From positions 1 to 64,000 of IMG/VR virus record IMGVR_UViG_3300017971_000274: a stretch of 64,000 nt of DNA; one strand, given 5' to 3'. Every line of letters starts with the position of its first letter. Within the stretch, counting starts at the first letter, position 1. The stretch is from an uncultured virus (IMG/VR IMGVR_UViG_3300017971_000274) (taxonomy: Duplodnaviria > Heunggongvirae > Uroviricota > Caudoviricetes). This document shows, piece after piece, positions 28,684 through 37,644 of this stretch. Both the position numbers and the translations under genes were made by a program. The notes beneath the pieces are model-generated. The model was given only the letters and a program-made list of their open reading frames with translations. It was not told where the DNA came from and did not search any database.

Positions 28684-29888
28684 TGGTTCGGATAGAGATC
28701 AGGAATTTCCAGTCTGTGGCCCATGAAGTCGTCGAGGTGGACGGCTTCTCGGCCTTGGCTGGGAGAAGTAACATCGGCAAGAGTGCTATCGTCAGGGCCG
28801 TCAAGGCGGCTTTGACCGGCTCTCCGGTAGACAACTATGTGAGGCACTCTCCCAACTGTCTCCGATTGCTACGGGGTGCCAAGACCTGTAAATGCTCTTG
28901 TTTGGTCCACATCGAGACTGAGGGCCTGGACCTCCTGTGGGAAAAGGGCGACGCGGTTAACCGATATGAGTACAACGGGACGGAACACACCGTCGTAGGG
29001 AGGGGGACTCCCGATTTCCTCCTGGAAGACTTCGGCCCGGTCAAGCTGGGCGACGAGAAGGAAATCTTGCAGGTGTCAGATCAGTTCAAGCCCATCTTCA
29101 TCTTGAACAAACCGGGCACTGTGGCCGCTGATATTTTGTCGGATGTGGCGAAGTTGGATCAAATCAACTCTGCCATCCGGCTGGCGGACAAGGATCGGAG
29201 GGAGGCCAAAGCGACCCGTAAGGTCCGAGAGAAGGACGTTCTGGATCTGCGGATGACCCTGGCTGGTTATGACGGGTTGGACGGGGTCGTCGAGCGCGTG
29301 GTGGAACTCGAAGAGCTTGACCGGAAGGCCGAAAGCGTTCGTGTTAAATCCGAGAAATTAGAGCGGTTCCTGTTTTCTGTGCTCAGTGTGGGCCAGCAAA
29401 TCCGGGACCTCAAGGACGTAAATTTGGTCAAGATTCCAAGCATCGACTCCCTAACAAACGGGGGAGAAGCCTTCTTCGCCTTGGAGGAGTTCGTAGAGGA
29501 TCATGAAAACAGGGCGGCGGCGGTCCTCGCTTTGGAGGGGGTGGATGTTATCGAGCTTCCGAGCTTCCAAGTCCTGTCATCAGATGCCGCGCACGACAAA
29601 CTCGTTGAGTGGGCCTCCAAGGTCGAACTGTTGCGAGAGTTCTTCGGCAAGTTCCAGCCTGTTGAACTTATTGTGGTCCCGGACATCGAGCCGCTGAAAG
29701 AGAACAAGGAGTCTTACCTTCGTCTCGATTCGTGGGCGACTCGTGTGTACGAAGTGTCTCGGGCACTGCTCCAGGTGAAAAAGGAATTGAAAGACGCTAT
29801 CCAAGAGAAGCGCCAGTTGGAAGCAGAGTTGGGTATATGTCCCTTTTGTGAACGGCCTTTTGATTCGGGGCATGAATGTCAAGAGTAG
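28683..29888 (+). CDS. SbcC/Rad50-like ATPase, N-terminal half
   Basis: IRNFQS, Walker A GRSNIGKS, Q-loop, coiled coil, ends just after hook CPFC. Confidence 0.85.
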   Translation: MVRIEIRNFQSVAHEVVEVDGFSALAGRSNIGKSAIVRAVKAALTGSPVDNYVRHSPNCLRLLRGAKTCKCSCLVHIETEGLDLLWEKGDAVNRYEYNGTEHTVVGRGTPDFLLEDFGPVKLGDEKEILQVSDQFKPIFILNKPGTVAADILSDVAKLDQINSAIRLADKDRREAKATRKVREKDVLDLRMTLAGYDGLDGVVERVVELEELDRKAESVRVKSEKLERFLFSVLSVGQQIRDLKDVNLVKIPSIDSLTNGGEAFFALEEFVEDHENRAAAVLALEGVDVIELPSFQVLSSDAAHDKLVEWASKVELLREFFGKFQPVELIVVPDIEPLKENKESYLRLDSWATRVYEVSRALLQVKKELKDAIQEKRQLEAELGICPFCERPFDSGHECQE

Positions 29889-30853
29889 CTTTCATTTTTC
29901 GCACGGATGTGCATCTGACGGATAAGACGCCCGCGTCGTGGAAGGGCGACTATCCGGCAGAGATTTGGTCCAACCTGGAACAGATAGGAGCGCTGGCCAA
30001 CGAACACAAGGTTGACGCCGTTCTGGACGGCGGGGACTACTTCCATATAAAGACGCCGAGTAAGAACCCTCATGCTTTGAATATCCGGACGGGCTTGATC
30101 CATGGCCAGTACGGCTGCCCTGTTTATTGTGTGGAAGGCAACCACGACATCACATATAACAATCTCGACAGCATTGAGAAACAACCTCTTGGGGTCCTGT
30201 ATGTCTTCAACGCTTTCCGGAGACTGCGGGAAGAGGTGTTTCAAGACGAAGGGTTTCAGGTCAGAGTCGTCGGAGTTCCTTACAGCCTGAAGCGAACGGT
30301 AGATGAGCTTCGTGCTGTCCAGAAACAACCGGGGGACGATTTTCTAGTAGCGGTGGTTCACGCCTTGGCGGGGGAGGCCCCGCCTCCTAATGTAGAAGGG
30401 TTCTTCAAGGAACCGGTGTTCAAGTACGCAGATCTTATAACACCCGACGGGCCAGATGTTTGGGCGTTTGGGCACTGGCACCAAGATCAGGGCGTCTCTC
30501 ACATAGGCGGCAAGCATTTCGTGAACCAGGGGGCTGTTTCACGAGGCGCTCTCATACACGAGAACATCAAACGGACGCCTCAAGTGGCGTTGTTGGAGTT
30601 CAAACCAGAGGGGATCAACATCGAGACGTTCCCGTTGGATGTGTTACCGCCTGAGGAGGTGTTCGATTTCGAGAAGAAAGAGCGGATGGAAGGTGAAAGC
30701 CGTAGCATCGAGGGTTTCATCGAACGGTTGCAAGAGGACGCATCGTTCGACCCAACTGCGACTATCGAGGACAATGTGAAGTCTCTTGATTTCGCCGCCG
30801 AAGTCAGGGAGATGGCCCTGGTCTACCTGAAACGCGCTCGCGGAGAGGACTAA
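29876..30853 (+). CDS. SbcD/Mre11-like metallophosphoesterase nuclease
   Basis: DVH, GDYFH, GNHD, GHWH. Confidence 0.88.
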   Translation: MSRVAFIFRTDVHLTDKTPASWKGDYPAEIWSNLEQIGALANEHKVDAVLDGGDYFHIKTPSKNPHALNIRTGLIHGQYGCPVYCVEGNHDITYNNLDSIEKQPLGVLYVFNAFRRLREEVFQDEGFQVRVVGVPYSLKRTVDELRAVQKQPGDDFLVAVVHALAGEAPPPNVEGFFKEPVFKYADLITPDGPDVWAFGHWHQDQGVSHIGGKHFVNQGAVSRGALIHENIKRTPQVALLEFKPEGINIETFPLDVLPPEEVFDFEKKERMEGESRSIEGFIERLQEDASFDPTATIEDNVKSLDFAAEVREMALVYLKRARGED

Positions 30854-31753
30854 GTGTATTTATCTTACTCCGGTTTCTCTGTCTTTAGACAGTGCGCAAG
30901 AGCCTACTACTACCGGTATATCGGTAAACCGAAACTCCCGGAGCCGGGTAATCGTGTACACATGCTCTATGGGGACGTGGTCGGAAAGCTCTTCGAAAAG
31001 TATTACGAGGATAGGATCTGGACTAAGCGCAACGCCGCACTCCATATGTTGGATCTTGTGCGGCCTGTGTTGAACAAGGTTGTCGTCCAGGAGATTCGGA
31101 GGGGCGGTGTCTTCGATTGGAACGAACCGGGTCTGAAACCGGGTTCGAGGTCGATAGAGGAGGTAGAACAAGAGGTCAGAGAGACCATTCCTAGAGGGAT
31201 TCGGGGCATCAAAGCACACCGGCTCATGGGGGTAGAGGCACACGCCGAGGTTGTTCTAAATACTTCTGTCCGAGGGCACACCCTTGCTGGTCGGGCTGAC
31301 TTCATAATTCGTCGCATCAAACCTCATAACGATTTGGTCCTCCTGGATGGGAAGGGGTCCCGCTGGCGGGATAGGTACACAGACGAGCGCCAATTGCGGT
31401 GGTACGCCATGTTGTACCAGATGAAGAAGGGTGTGGTCCCCGACCGGCTGGCGTTCCTTTACTGGCGTTTCGAGCCAAAGGAGTGCCTGGATTGGGTTGA
31501 CGCGACCCAGAAGCAATTGGACGACCTTAAAAACGCGGCGCTGGAAGCCATCGGCAAGATTGAGGGGGCGAAACGGAAGCTCCGGGGAAGTGAGCCGGGC
31601 GTGTGTTTTCTGGCTTCGCCGGGTTCCAATTGCCGTCTTTGTGATTTCCAGGCCGTCTGTCCGGAGGGCACAAGAGTGTTGTCCGATAATACTAAAACCC
31701 AGATTCTGGAAGACCGGAATCGTGGTGTAGAGGAGGGGGAGGTCAGTTTCTGA
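30854..31753 (+). CDS. PD-(D/E)XK nuclease (RecB/AddB-like, four Cys)
   Basis: LSYS..C, GRAD, DGK, QLRWYA, CRLC....C. Confidence 0.85.
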   Translation: MYLSYSGFSVFRQCARAYYYRYIGKPKLPEPGNRVHMLYGDVVGKLFEKYYEDRIWTKRNAALHMLDLVRPVLNKVVVQEIRRGGVFDWNEPGLKPGSRSIEEVEQEVRETIPRGIRGIKAHRLMGVEAHAEVVLNTSVRGHTLAGRADFIIRRIKPHNDLVLLDGKGSRWRDRYTDERQLRWYAMLYQMKKGVVPDRLAFLYWRFEPKECLDWVDATQKQLDDLKNAALEAIGKIEGAKRKLRGSEPGVCFLASPGSNCRLCDFQAVCPEGTRVLSDNTKTQILEDRNRGVEEGEVSF

Positions 31754-31786
31754 CCCCCTTGGGATAAACCACGAGGTGCGACATCT

Positions 31787-32056
31787 ATGGCCGATACTGT
31801 TAAAAAGAGAATCGAGGACTTACAACGAAGATACAACGACGTTGTCCAGAAAAAGGCGAGTCTGTCTGGCCAACTGGAAGCCAAGAAACAAGAGTTGGCT
31901 GCCATTGTCCAGGAGATAAAAGACGCCGGGTATGACCCTAAGAAAATTGCCCAGGAACGTGATCAGGCGAAGAAGGAGTTGGAGGATATGATCACGAGAC
32001 TGGATGAGTCTTTGACCGAGGTCGAAGAGGCTCTCGCGCAATTCCAACAGAAATGA
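31787..32056 (+). CDS. small coiled-coil protein
   Basis: SD GAGG; heptad pattern. Confidence 0.75.
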   Translation: MADTVKKRIEDLQRRYNDVVQKKASLSGQLEAKKQELAAIVQEIKDAGYDPKKIAQERDQAKKELEDMITRLDESLTEVEEALAQFQQK

Positions 32057-32063
32057 GGAACAC

Positions 32064-33320
32064 ATGGAAATCAAATTTACGGTTGATGCTGAGCAACTGA
32101 ACAAAGCACTCAAGATGTCCTCTATCATCAGTCCGCAGATGACTGCGGAACAGGAGAGGGGATTTCTCTTCGTGGTGAGCGGGGACGTGTGCAAGATCTA
32201 TTCTAAGAATGGCGGCCACGAAGTCCGGACCAGCTTCCCTGTTACGGACGTGGAAGGCGAAGGCTCGTTCATGTACCCCGCCGATTATATAGGCGAGTTC
32301 GCGTTCGTGTCGGAACCTATTACGTTCACGGCCACGTCTGAGGGAGAGACTTTCAAAGTCAAGTACACTTTCGGTTCTTCCGGTGAGACGGTTCGCGCCT
32401 CGTTCGATCCACGCTCGATGAACTTGTTTGAGAAGGACATCCAGAACGCCATGTCCGACGAGCCTAAGGTCTACAACATAAAGACCTTACAAATGGCCAT
32501 TGGGATGGCTAAGAACTTCGCGGCCAAGCCCAATGAGGCGGTCTCAAACGAGTTCTATAAAACCATCCAGATATTCGGGGACGACGGCGAGCCGGAACTA
32601 GCCAAGAAGGCTAATGGGTTTCTCTTTTCGTCCAACGGCACCGAAGCCTTTTACTTTTACAGTGAGGCGTTTTTGGGAAAGGGGTTGGTAGCGCCGGGCC
32701 AACACCTCCCGTTGTTAGAATCCTTCATGGGCCAGTCGTCTGGAAGTATTAAGGCATACAAGACGGCCAAGTGTACGTACGCCGTTAACGAGAAGGAGGA
32801 CGTTATCGGTTGGCCGCACCACGAGGACACGTGGAAGAAGTTCGGATACTACTCAAAGACCGATCAGGTTGTTGTGAAGGTCAACTGTAAGAGGATGCAC
32901 TACCAGTTGCAATTCATGAGGGCTGGTTTGCACAAGGAGAAGAAGAAGATCCGTCTTCATTTCGATCCGTCATCGGAAAAGTTCTGGTTCTCAAGTGTTG
33001 ATGAGGGTAACACCATAAAGAGTCTCCCGGTCAACATCGACCAAGTCATAGAGTCCCAGGTAAAAGAGGAACTCGCGGCCAACGTCAACGTCAACCACAT
33101 GCTTCACCTCTTCGAGAATGTGAAGGGCGAGTGGGTGGAATTCAGAATCTATATTCTGGAAGCCGGTGAGAAGCGGCCGAAGGACCTCTACATGTTCCGA
33201 ACGATCGATGAGTTCCTTCTGAGCGACGACGGCACCATTGCTGGTGGGAGCGGGGCAGAGAACGTGGCGGAAGGGGTACACGTATGCAATGTGACACGCT
33301 TCACGCCGGGAATAGATTAA
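32064..33320 (+). CDS. putative sliding clamp (DnaN-like)
   Basis: MEIKFTVDAEQLNKAL start, size, SNG motifs, clamp-loader genes present. Confidence 0.55.
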   Translation: MEIKFTVDAEQLNKALKMSSIISPQMTAEQERGFLFVVSGDVCKIYSKNGGHEVRTSFPVTDVEGEGSFMYPADYIGEFAFVSEPITFTATSEGETFKVKYTFGSSGETVRASFDPRSMNLFEKDIQNAMSDEPKVYNIKTLQMAIGMAKNFAAKPNEAVSNEFYKTIQIFGDDGEPELAKKANGFLFSSNGTEAFYFYSEAFLGKGLVAPGQHLPLLESFMGQSSGSIKAYKTAKCTYAVNEKEDVIGWPHHEDTWKKFGYYSKTDQVVVKVNCKRMHYQLQFMRAGLHKEKKKIRLHFDPSSEKFWFSSVDEGNTIKSLPVNIDQVIESQVKEELAANVNVNHMLHLFENVKGEWVEFRIYILEAGEKRPKDLYMFRTIDEFLLSDDGTIAGGSGAENVAEGVHVCNVTRFTPGID

Positions 33321-33961
33321 GGGTCAAGGCGCTTAGGGAAACCGCTTCCGGTCTTCAGGCCCTGCGGGACCAGACTCAACGGGACCTGGACACGCGGGAA
33401 CAGGAGGTCAAGGATCTCGCGTGGAAGATAGACGTTTTGTCAAAGGTTGGCGAGTTGTTCCGGGTATTGATGGATCAACTCGTCATGGATCACGTGCGTT
33501 CAATAGAGAGTGTGATCACGGAGGGTTTACGCACCATTTTCGTGGACCAAAACTTATCCTTTGAGGCCGAAGTAGGGCAGCGTTACAACAAACTGGCCAT
33601 AGACTTCTGTCTGAAACAGGCCGACCAGAAGGCAGAGATTAAGGGCCACCCGCTGGAAGCGTTTGGGGGAGGCCCGGCGAGTATCGCGTCGCTTATCTTG
33701 AGAGTGTTAGCTTTGCGGCGTCTCAACAAGTGGCCTTTATTGGCGCTCGACGAGACTCTTGCTGCCGTGTCGGATGAGTACATCGATCGGACGGGTCTGT
33801 TTCTGAAACAGTTGGCCACCAAGACTGGGATAGAGGTTTTGCTTGTGACCCACAAGGCGGCTTTCCTTGAACATGCTGTGATTGGCTACAAAGGCTCCGA
33901 GATCACCACAGACGACGGGCAGCGTTATCTGAAACTACAACGGGAAACACGTGCGGTCTGA
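33284..33961 (+). CDS. SbcC/Rad50-like ATPase, C-terminal half
   Basis: Coiled coil, signature FGGG, Walker B LALDE, H-loop LLVTH. Confidence 0.85.
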   Translation: MQCDTLHAGNRLRVKALRETASGLQALRDQTQRDLDTREQEVKDLAWKIDVLSKVGELFRVLMDQLVMDHVRSIESVITEGLRTIFVDQNLSFEAEVGQRYNKLAIDFCLKQADQKAEIKGHPLEAFGGGPASIASLILRVLALRRLNKWPLLALDETLAAVSDEYIDRTGLFLKQLATKTGIEVLLVTHKAAFLEHAVIGYKGSEITTDDGQRYLKLQRETRAV

Positions 33962-34463
33962 ATCTGAAATCCAGAACCGAATCCGACACCTGTTGTCGGA
34001 GGAGTTAGATCGTAGGGTGTCTCAGGCGTGTGCCCGTGTGCCGTACAACTGCATACACAACCATCGGCAGCCGTTGGATTTGCGTAAGGAGGTGGCGGGG
34101 GAGCCAAACGAAAATTACAACCGGACATCCGTTTCCTCGCCTGTCATCGGGTTGTGTATGCTTAATTCGTCTGACCCAGCGGAGTGGGGAGGGACAATCT
34201 GCGAAGATCCGATTGATGCTCAACGGTGCCCCTACTTCGATCTGGCTTCCACACGGGAGTCTATCAGCGAGGAGTTTTACCGTCAGATAACCGATCTCGA
34301 TTGGGTGGCCGAGAACATGGCCGAAGTTTACGGTCTTCTCTGGGCGTTAGGATCTGAGACGATGCCGTCACTCCCCTGGTGGAAAGCTATTTGGTTCTGG
34401 TTCCTTAGAATTCGGCCGGACCCTCTCGTGAAAATAACAACCCCAACTTTGCCTTCGGAGTAG
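33951..34463 (+). CDS. Cys-rich hypothetical protein
   Basis: ORF with several Cys/His. Confidence 0.65.
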   Translation: MRSESEIQNRIRHLLSEELDRRVSQACARVPYNCIHNHRQPLDLRKEVAGEPNENYNRTSVSSPVIGLCMLNSSDPAEWGGTICEDPIDAQRCPYFDLASTRESISEEFYRQITDLDWVAENMAEVYGLLWALGSETMPSLPWWKAIWFWFLRIRPDPLVKITTPTLPSE

Positions 34464-34465
34464 TT

Positions 34466-34996
34466 ATGTTGTCTGCTCTCTCTCAGTTGTTCATCGTAGA
34501 ACGTCACCGGCAACGAGCCGCGAACGTTGGCTTCTCGGTTCCGGCAATGGGGGAATGTCAGGTTCCGGAGGACGCTTCCGTCGAGCCGTTGTTGACAACC
34601 AATATGGGGGGTAATTTTCTACTGACGCGGGTGTCCGGGGAAGGGTATGCGCGTCATGGGTTTTATGAGTGCCCCCTGGATCAGGAGACGTTACTCCTTA
34701 GCGAGTTCTGCCGGACCCTAGTTAAAGAAGGATCACGAGCCGGGTGGGACAACACCTCCGACTCCATCCAGGGTGCCTTGGAAAGGATGAGGCGAGCGGG
34801 TCTTACCCCGGCTGTAGTGGTGGTCCCGGAGGAGCTTCTCGACCCTCCGGAGGGCCTTCGGGTAGTTATTTCTGCCCTACCTTGTAAGGCTCTCGTTGTC
34901 GCTGACCCCAAGGATGCTGGTTCTTACGTCAGGATCGGGGGGCACGTCTCAATACTGGCCCAGAGTGTTGATAGGGCGTTTGTGGTGGTCACGTGA
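34466..34996 (+). CDS. hypothetical protein
   Basis: Packed ORF. Confidence 0.65.
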   Translation: MLSALSQLFIVERHRQRAANVGFSVPAMGECQVPEDASVEPLLTTNMGGNFLLTRVSGEGYARHGFYECPLDQETLLLSEFCRTLVKEGSRAGWDNTSDSIQGALERMRRAGLTPAVVVVPEELLDPPEGLRVVISALPCKALVVADPKDAGSYVRIGGHVSILAQSVDRAFVVVT

Positions 34997-35700
34997 CGTG
35001 GGCGGACGATCTGGCCCGGTTCGCAGCGGACCGGCTCTCTGAGCGGGAGCGGAAGGCCCTGTTAACCAGAGGGGTGTCCGACGCCCAGATCGAGACGTAT
35101 CAGATCGGCCATCTAAATCGGGTGCTGCCGGGCGGTCTCCCGAGTCATTTTCTTGAGTGGTCCAAATTCGGGGACAAGCTGGACGATGTTTTCGTCTTCC
35201 CTTTGACCACAACCTTGGGGGAGGTGCGGGGCTTCGAGTTTCGGCATGTGGTCAAAGAACGTACAGGGTACACGGACTTTCTGTTAGATCGTCGGGAACC
35301 TTGTCTTTTTGGGCTGGCCCAAGCCATTGAGGCCATGTGGGAGTCCAGGTCTGTCTGGTTGGTTGAGGGGCCTTTTGACCTTCCGCCAATCCAGAGGGCG
35401 GCCCCGTTCGTGGTCTCCACGATGACGGCTTTCACGAACAAGGCCACGGTGCGGCTTCTCCGTCGCCTCGTCCAACGGGTCTGGGTAGGTTACGACATGG
35501 ACGGGCCGGGAAGAAAAGGGTGCGAAATCTTCCGTTCGAAAAATAAGCGTGACTTTGAGGTGTATATAGTGGAGTACCCCAAAGTGCTCAAGGCGAACGG
35601 GGAGCGAGTAAAAGACCCAGGCGAGTTATGGGAAGAATGGGGTGACAGGCAAATTATTCCTTTCATCCGGTCCGCAATAGAACGCGAAAACCCTTTTTAG
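34993..35700 (+). CDS. DnaG-like primase catalytic (TOPRIM) domain
   Basis: FVFPL...GFEFR, LVEGPFD, YDMDGPG, KDPGE. Confidence 0.8.
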   Translation: MTWADDLARFAADRLSERERKALLTRGVSDAQIETYQIGHLNRVLPGGLPSHFLEWSKFGDKLDDVFVFPLTTTLGEVRGFEFRHVVKERTGYTDFLLDRREPCLFGLAQAIEAMWESRSVWLVEGPFDLPPIQRAAPFVVSTMTAFTNKATVRLLRRLVQRVWVGYDMDGPGRKGCEIFRSKNKRDFEVYIVEYPKVLKANGERVKDPGELWEEWGDRQIIPFIRSAIERENPF

Positions 35701-35711
35701 GAGAGAGTAAC

Positions 35712-36194
35712 ATGCCAAAACTGTATGGCCCCGCCGAGATGGTGGAAGAGATCGCTAAAAAACTGATTCCGTCGTACCACCCGGAACTGGCGACCGCCCG
35801 AATTCAATACATTTGTGTGGACGTGGCCAGCAAGAAAAACGGGGTTCCTGTCGGCGGGAAGTCTAAAAAGGTCACTGGCGCGATGGAGTTCCTACTTGAG
35901 AAGGATTTCATTATCGAGGTGGCTCTTGAGGTCTGGAACGAGATGACTGAGCGTCAGCAAACGGCCCTTGTGGACCACCTTCTGGAGTGTTGCACCGGGG
36001 ACGAAGATGAGGATACCGGAGAGTTCAAGTGGTCTATGCGTGAGCCGGATGTAAGGGAGTTCACGAGTATCCTTCATCGGCATGGGGCCTGGACCGACAC
36101 CTTGATGGGTATGGTGGAGGTCGCCCAGCGGCTCAACATCGAAGAGCGCGTTCAAGAGGTTGTCGATTCCACAGTAGACACGCAAGAACAGTAG
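35712..36194 (+). CDS. phage metallopeptidase-like protein (degenerate motif)
   Basis: ALVDHLLEC...PDVREF..ILHRHG; HExxH not intact. Confidence 0.55.
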   Translation: MPKLYGPAEMVEEIAKKLIPSYHPELATARIQYICVDVASKKNGVPVGGKSKKVTGAMEFLLEKDFIIEVALEVWNEMTERQQTALVDHLLECCTGDEDEDTGEFKWSMREPDVREFTSILHRHGAWTDTLMGMVEVAQRLNIEERVQEVVDSTVDTQEQ

Positions 36195-36211
36195 ACCGGG
36201 GGACCAAGGGG

Positions 36212-37618
36212 TTGTGGGATACTGTTTACAGACCTTTACGGTTTGCTGATGTCCTAGGTCAAGACGGTAACGTCCGTCTCCTGAAGGCTCGCCTAAAGAA
36301 CGGGACGGCTTTCGACACAAGCTATATCTTCGCGGGAGCTTTCGGCCGGGGTAAGACCACCGTAAGCCGGATTCACGCGAGGGCGATGCTTTGTCAAGAC
36401 CTGGATACCAGCGATCCTGAGCCGTGTAACAAGTGTGATAATTGCACCACGATCCTGGAAGAACAGCCGGGGCCGTTCACGGAGCGGGATGCTGCGAGCC
36501 ACGGTACCGTCGAGCACGTTCGTAAAATCATAGAGGAATTGCCTTACGTTTTGGAGAACGCCCCAAAGCGTATCTACCTCTTTGACGAGTCCCACCGGAT
36601 GAGCGTGGCGGCTCAAGATGTGCTCCTGAAACCGATCGAGGACAAGAAGATGATCGGGATGTTTTGCACCACGGAGGCGGAAAAGATCCGTGGTGCGATC
36701 CGGTCTCGTTGCGAGGAGTACACGATCCGTAAGGTCACAAGGGACGAGGTCCTCCAACGGATGCGTATGATTCTGGAGAAGGAGGAGGTCAAGTTCGAGG
36801 ATGACGCTGTCTACATCGTCATCGACCATTCTGACGGCCATGTCCGGGACGTAATAAACAAGCTGGAGATGATTTCGCAGTTGGGCGACGTGACGATAGA
36901 CAACGTGCGGTCCTATCTCCACTTGTCTGTTGTTACCCTCTACTACCAGATCCTGTTACATCTGGACGATCCCAAGCAAACCATAGAGCTAATCGATCAG
37001 GCGTGTGAGATGGTGACGCCGGAAGAAGTGTCTGCGGGTATAGCCGAAGCGGCCATGAACACGTACCGGGTGGCCAGTGGCATTTACGCTGATTTCTCGT
37101 TCGTTGATAAAGGGTTAGCTGAGAAGGTTCACGCCAAATACGGCTCAGATGTTGTCCGCTTTGCTTACTGGTTCTTGGGTTCTAAGTACACGACCAAGTT
37201 AAGTCTCGTCAGAGACGCCGTCGTTTTTTCTCAACTCCCAGGCAACCTTCCAACAGACAAACCGTCGCCTCCTGTGGTCTTCTCGGGCAGTAAGAAGCAA
37301 TCCAACGGGCCAGAGCCAGAGCAACCCAAACCCAAAGAACAGGAGCAGCCTAAGCCTCAAGAGCAAGAACAAGTGAAGGCCGAGACCGTTAAAAAGTCAG
37401 ATCCGCCTCCTCAAATTGTTGACGAGTTCGCGGACCCTACTGTACCAACGGACATCGAGAAGCACGTCGTTAACGCGGAGATGCCCCGAAGCAGAGAGTC
37501 AGATATGACAGCGCGGCCACCGAGAAACCGGGAACACAAGGTGATGTCACCGGCTGAGTGGCGTAGGAAATTCGAAGCCCTTTTACGAAAAAAGATACAG
37601 TCTCCGTTGCTAAAGTAA
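36212..37618 (+). CDS. dnaX: DNA polymerase III gamma/tau clamp loader ATPase
   Basis: YRPLRFADVLGQ, GRGKTT, PCNKCDNC, DESH, IRSRC. Confidence 0.92.
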   Translation: MWDTVYRPLRFADVLGQDGNVRLLKARLKNGTAFDTSYIFAGAFGRGKTTVSRIHARAMLCQDLDTSDPEPCNKCDNCTTILEEQPGPFTERDAASHGTVEHVRKIIEELPYVLENAPKRIYLFDESHRMSVAAQDVLLKPIEDKKMIGMFCTTEAEKIRGAIRSRCEEYTIRKVTRDEVLQRMRMILEKEEVKFEDDAVYIVIDHSDGHVRDVINKLEMISQLGDVTIDNVRSYLHLSVVTLYYQILLHLDDPKQTIELIDQACEMVTPEEVSAGIAEAAMNTYRVASGIYADFSFVDKGLAEKVHAKYGSDVVRFAYWFLGSKYTTKLSLVRDAVVFSQLPGNLPTDKPSPPVVFSGSKKQSNGPEPEQPKPKEQEQPKPQEQEQVKAETVKKSDPPPQIVDEFADPTVPTDIEKHVVNAEMPRSRESDMTARPPRNREHKVMSPAEWRRKFEALLRKKIQSPLLK

Positions 37619-37644
37619 TTTTCGCAGTGTAGTCGAAAAGTGGG

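Noticed and set aside
30854..31753. Cas4 / CRISPR association
   Set aside because: No array or other cas genes in the window; context is recombination
37588..37594. A AAA AAG slippery site in dnaX
   Set aside because: It lies a few codons from the stop; a -1 shift ends at TAG almost immediately and fuses to nothing
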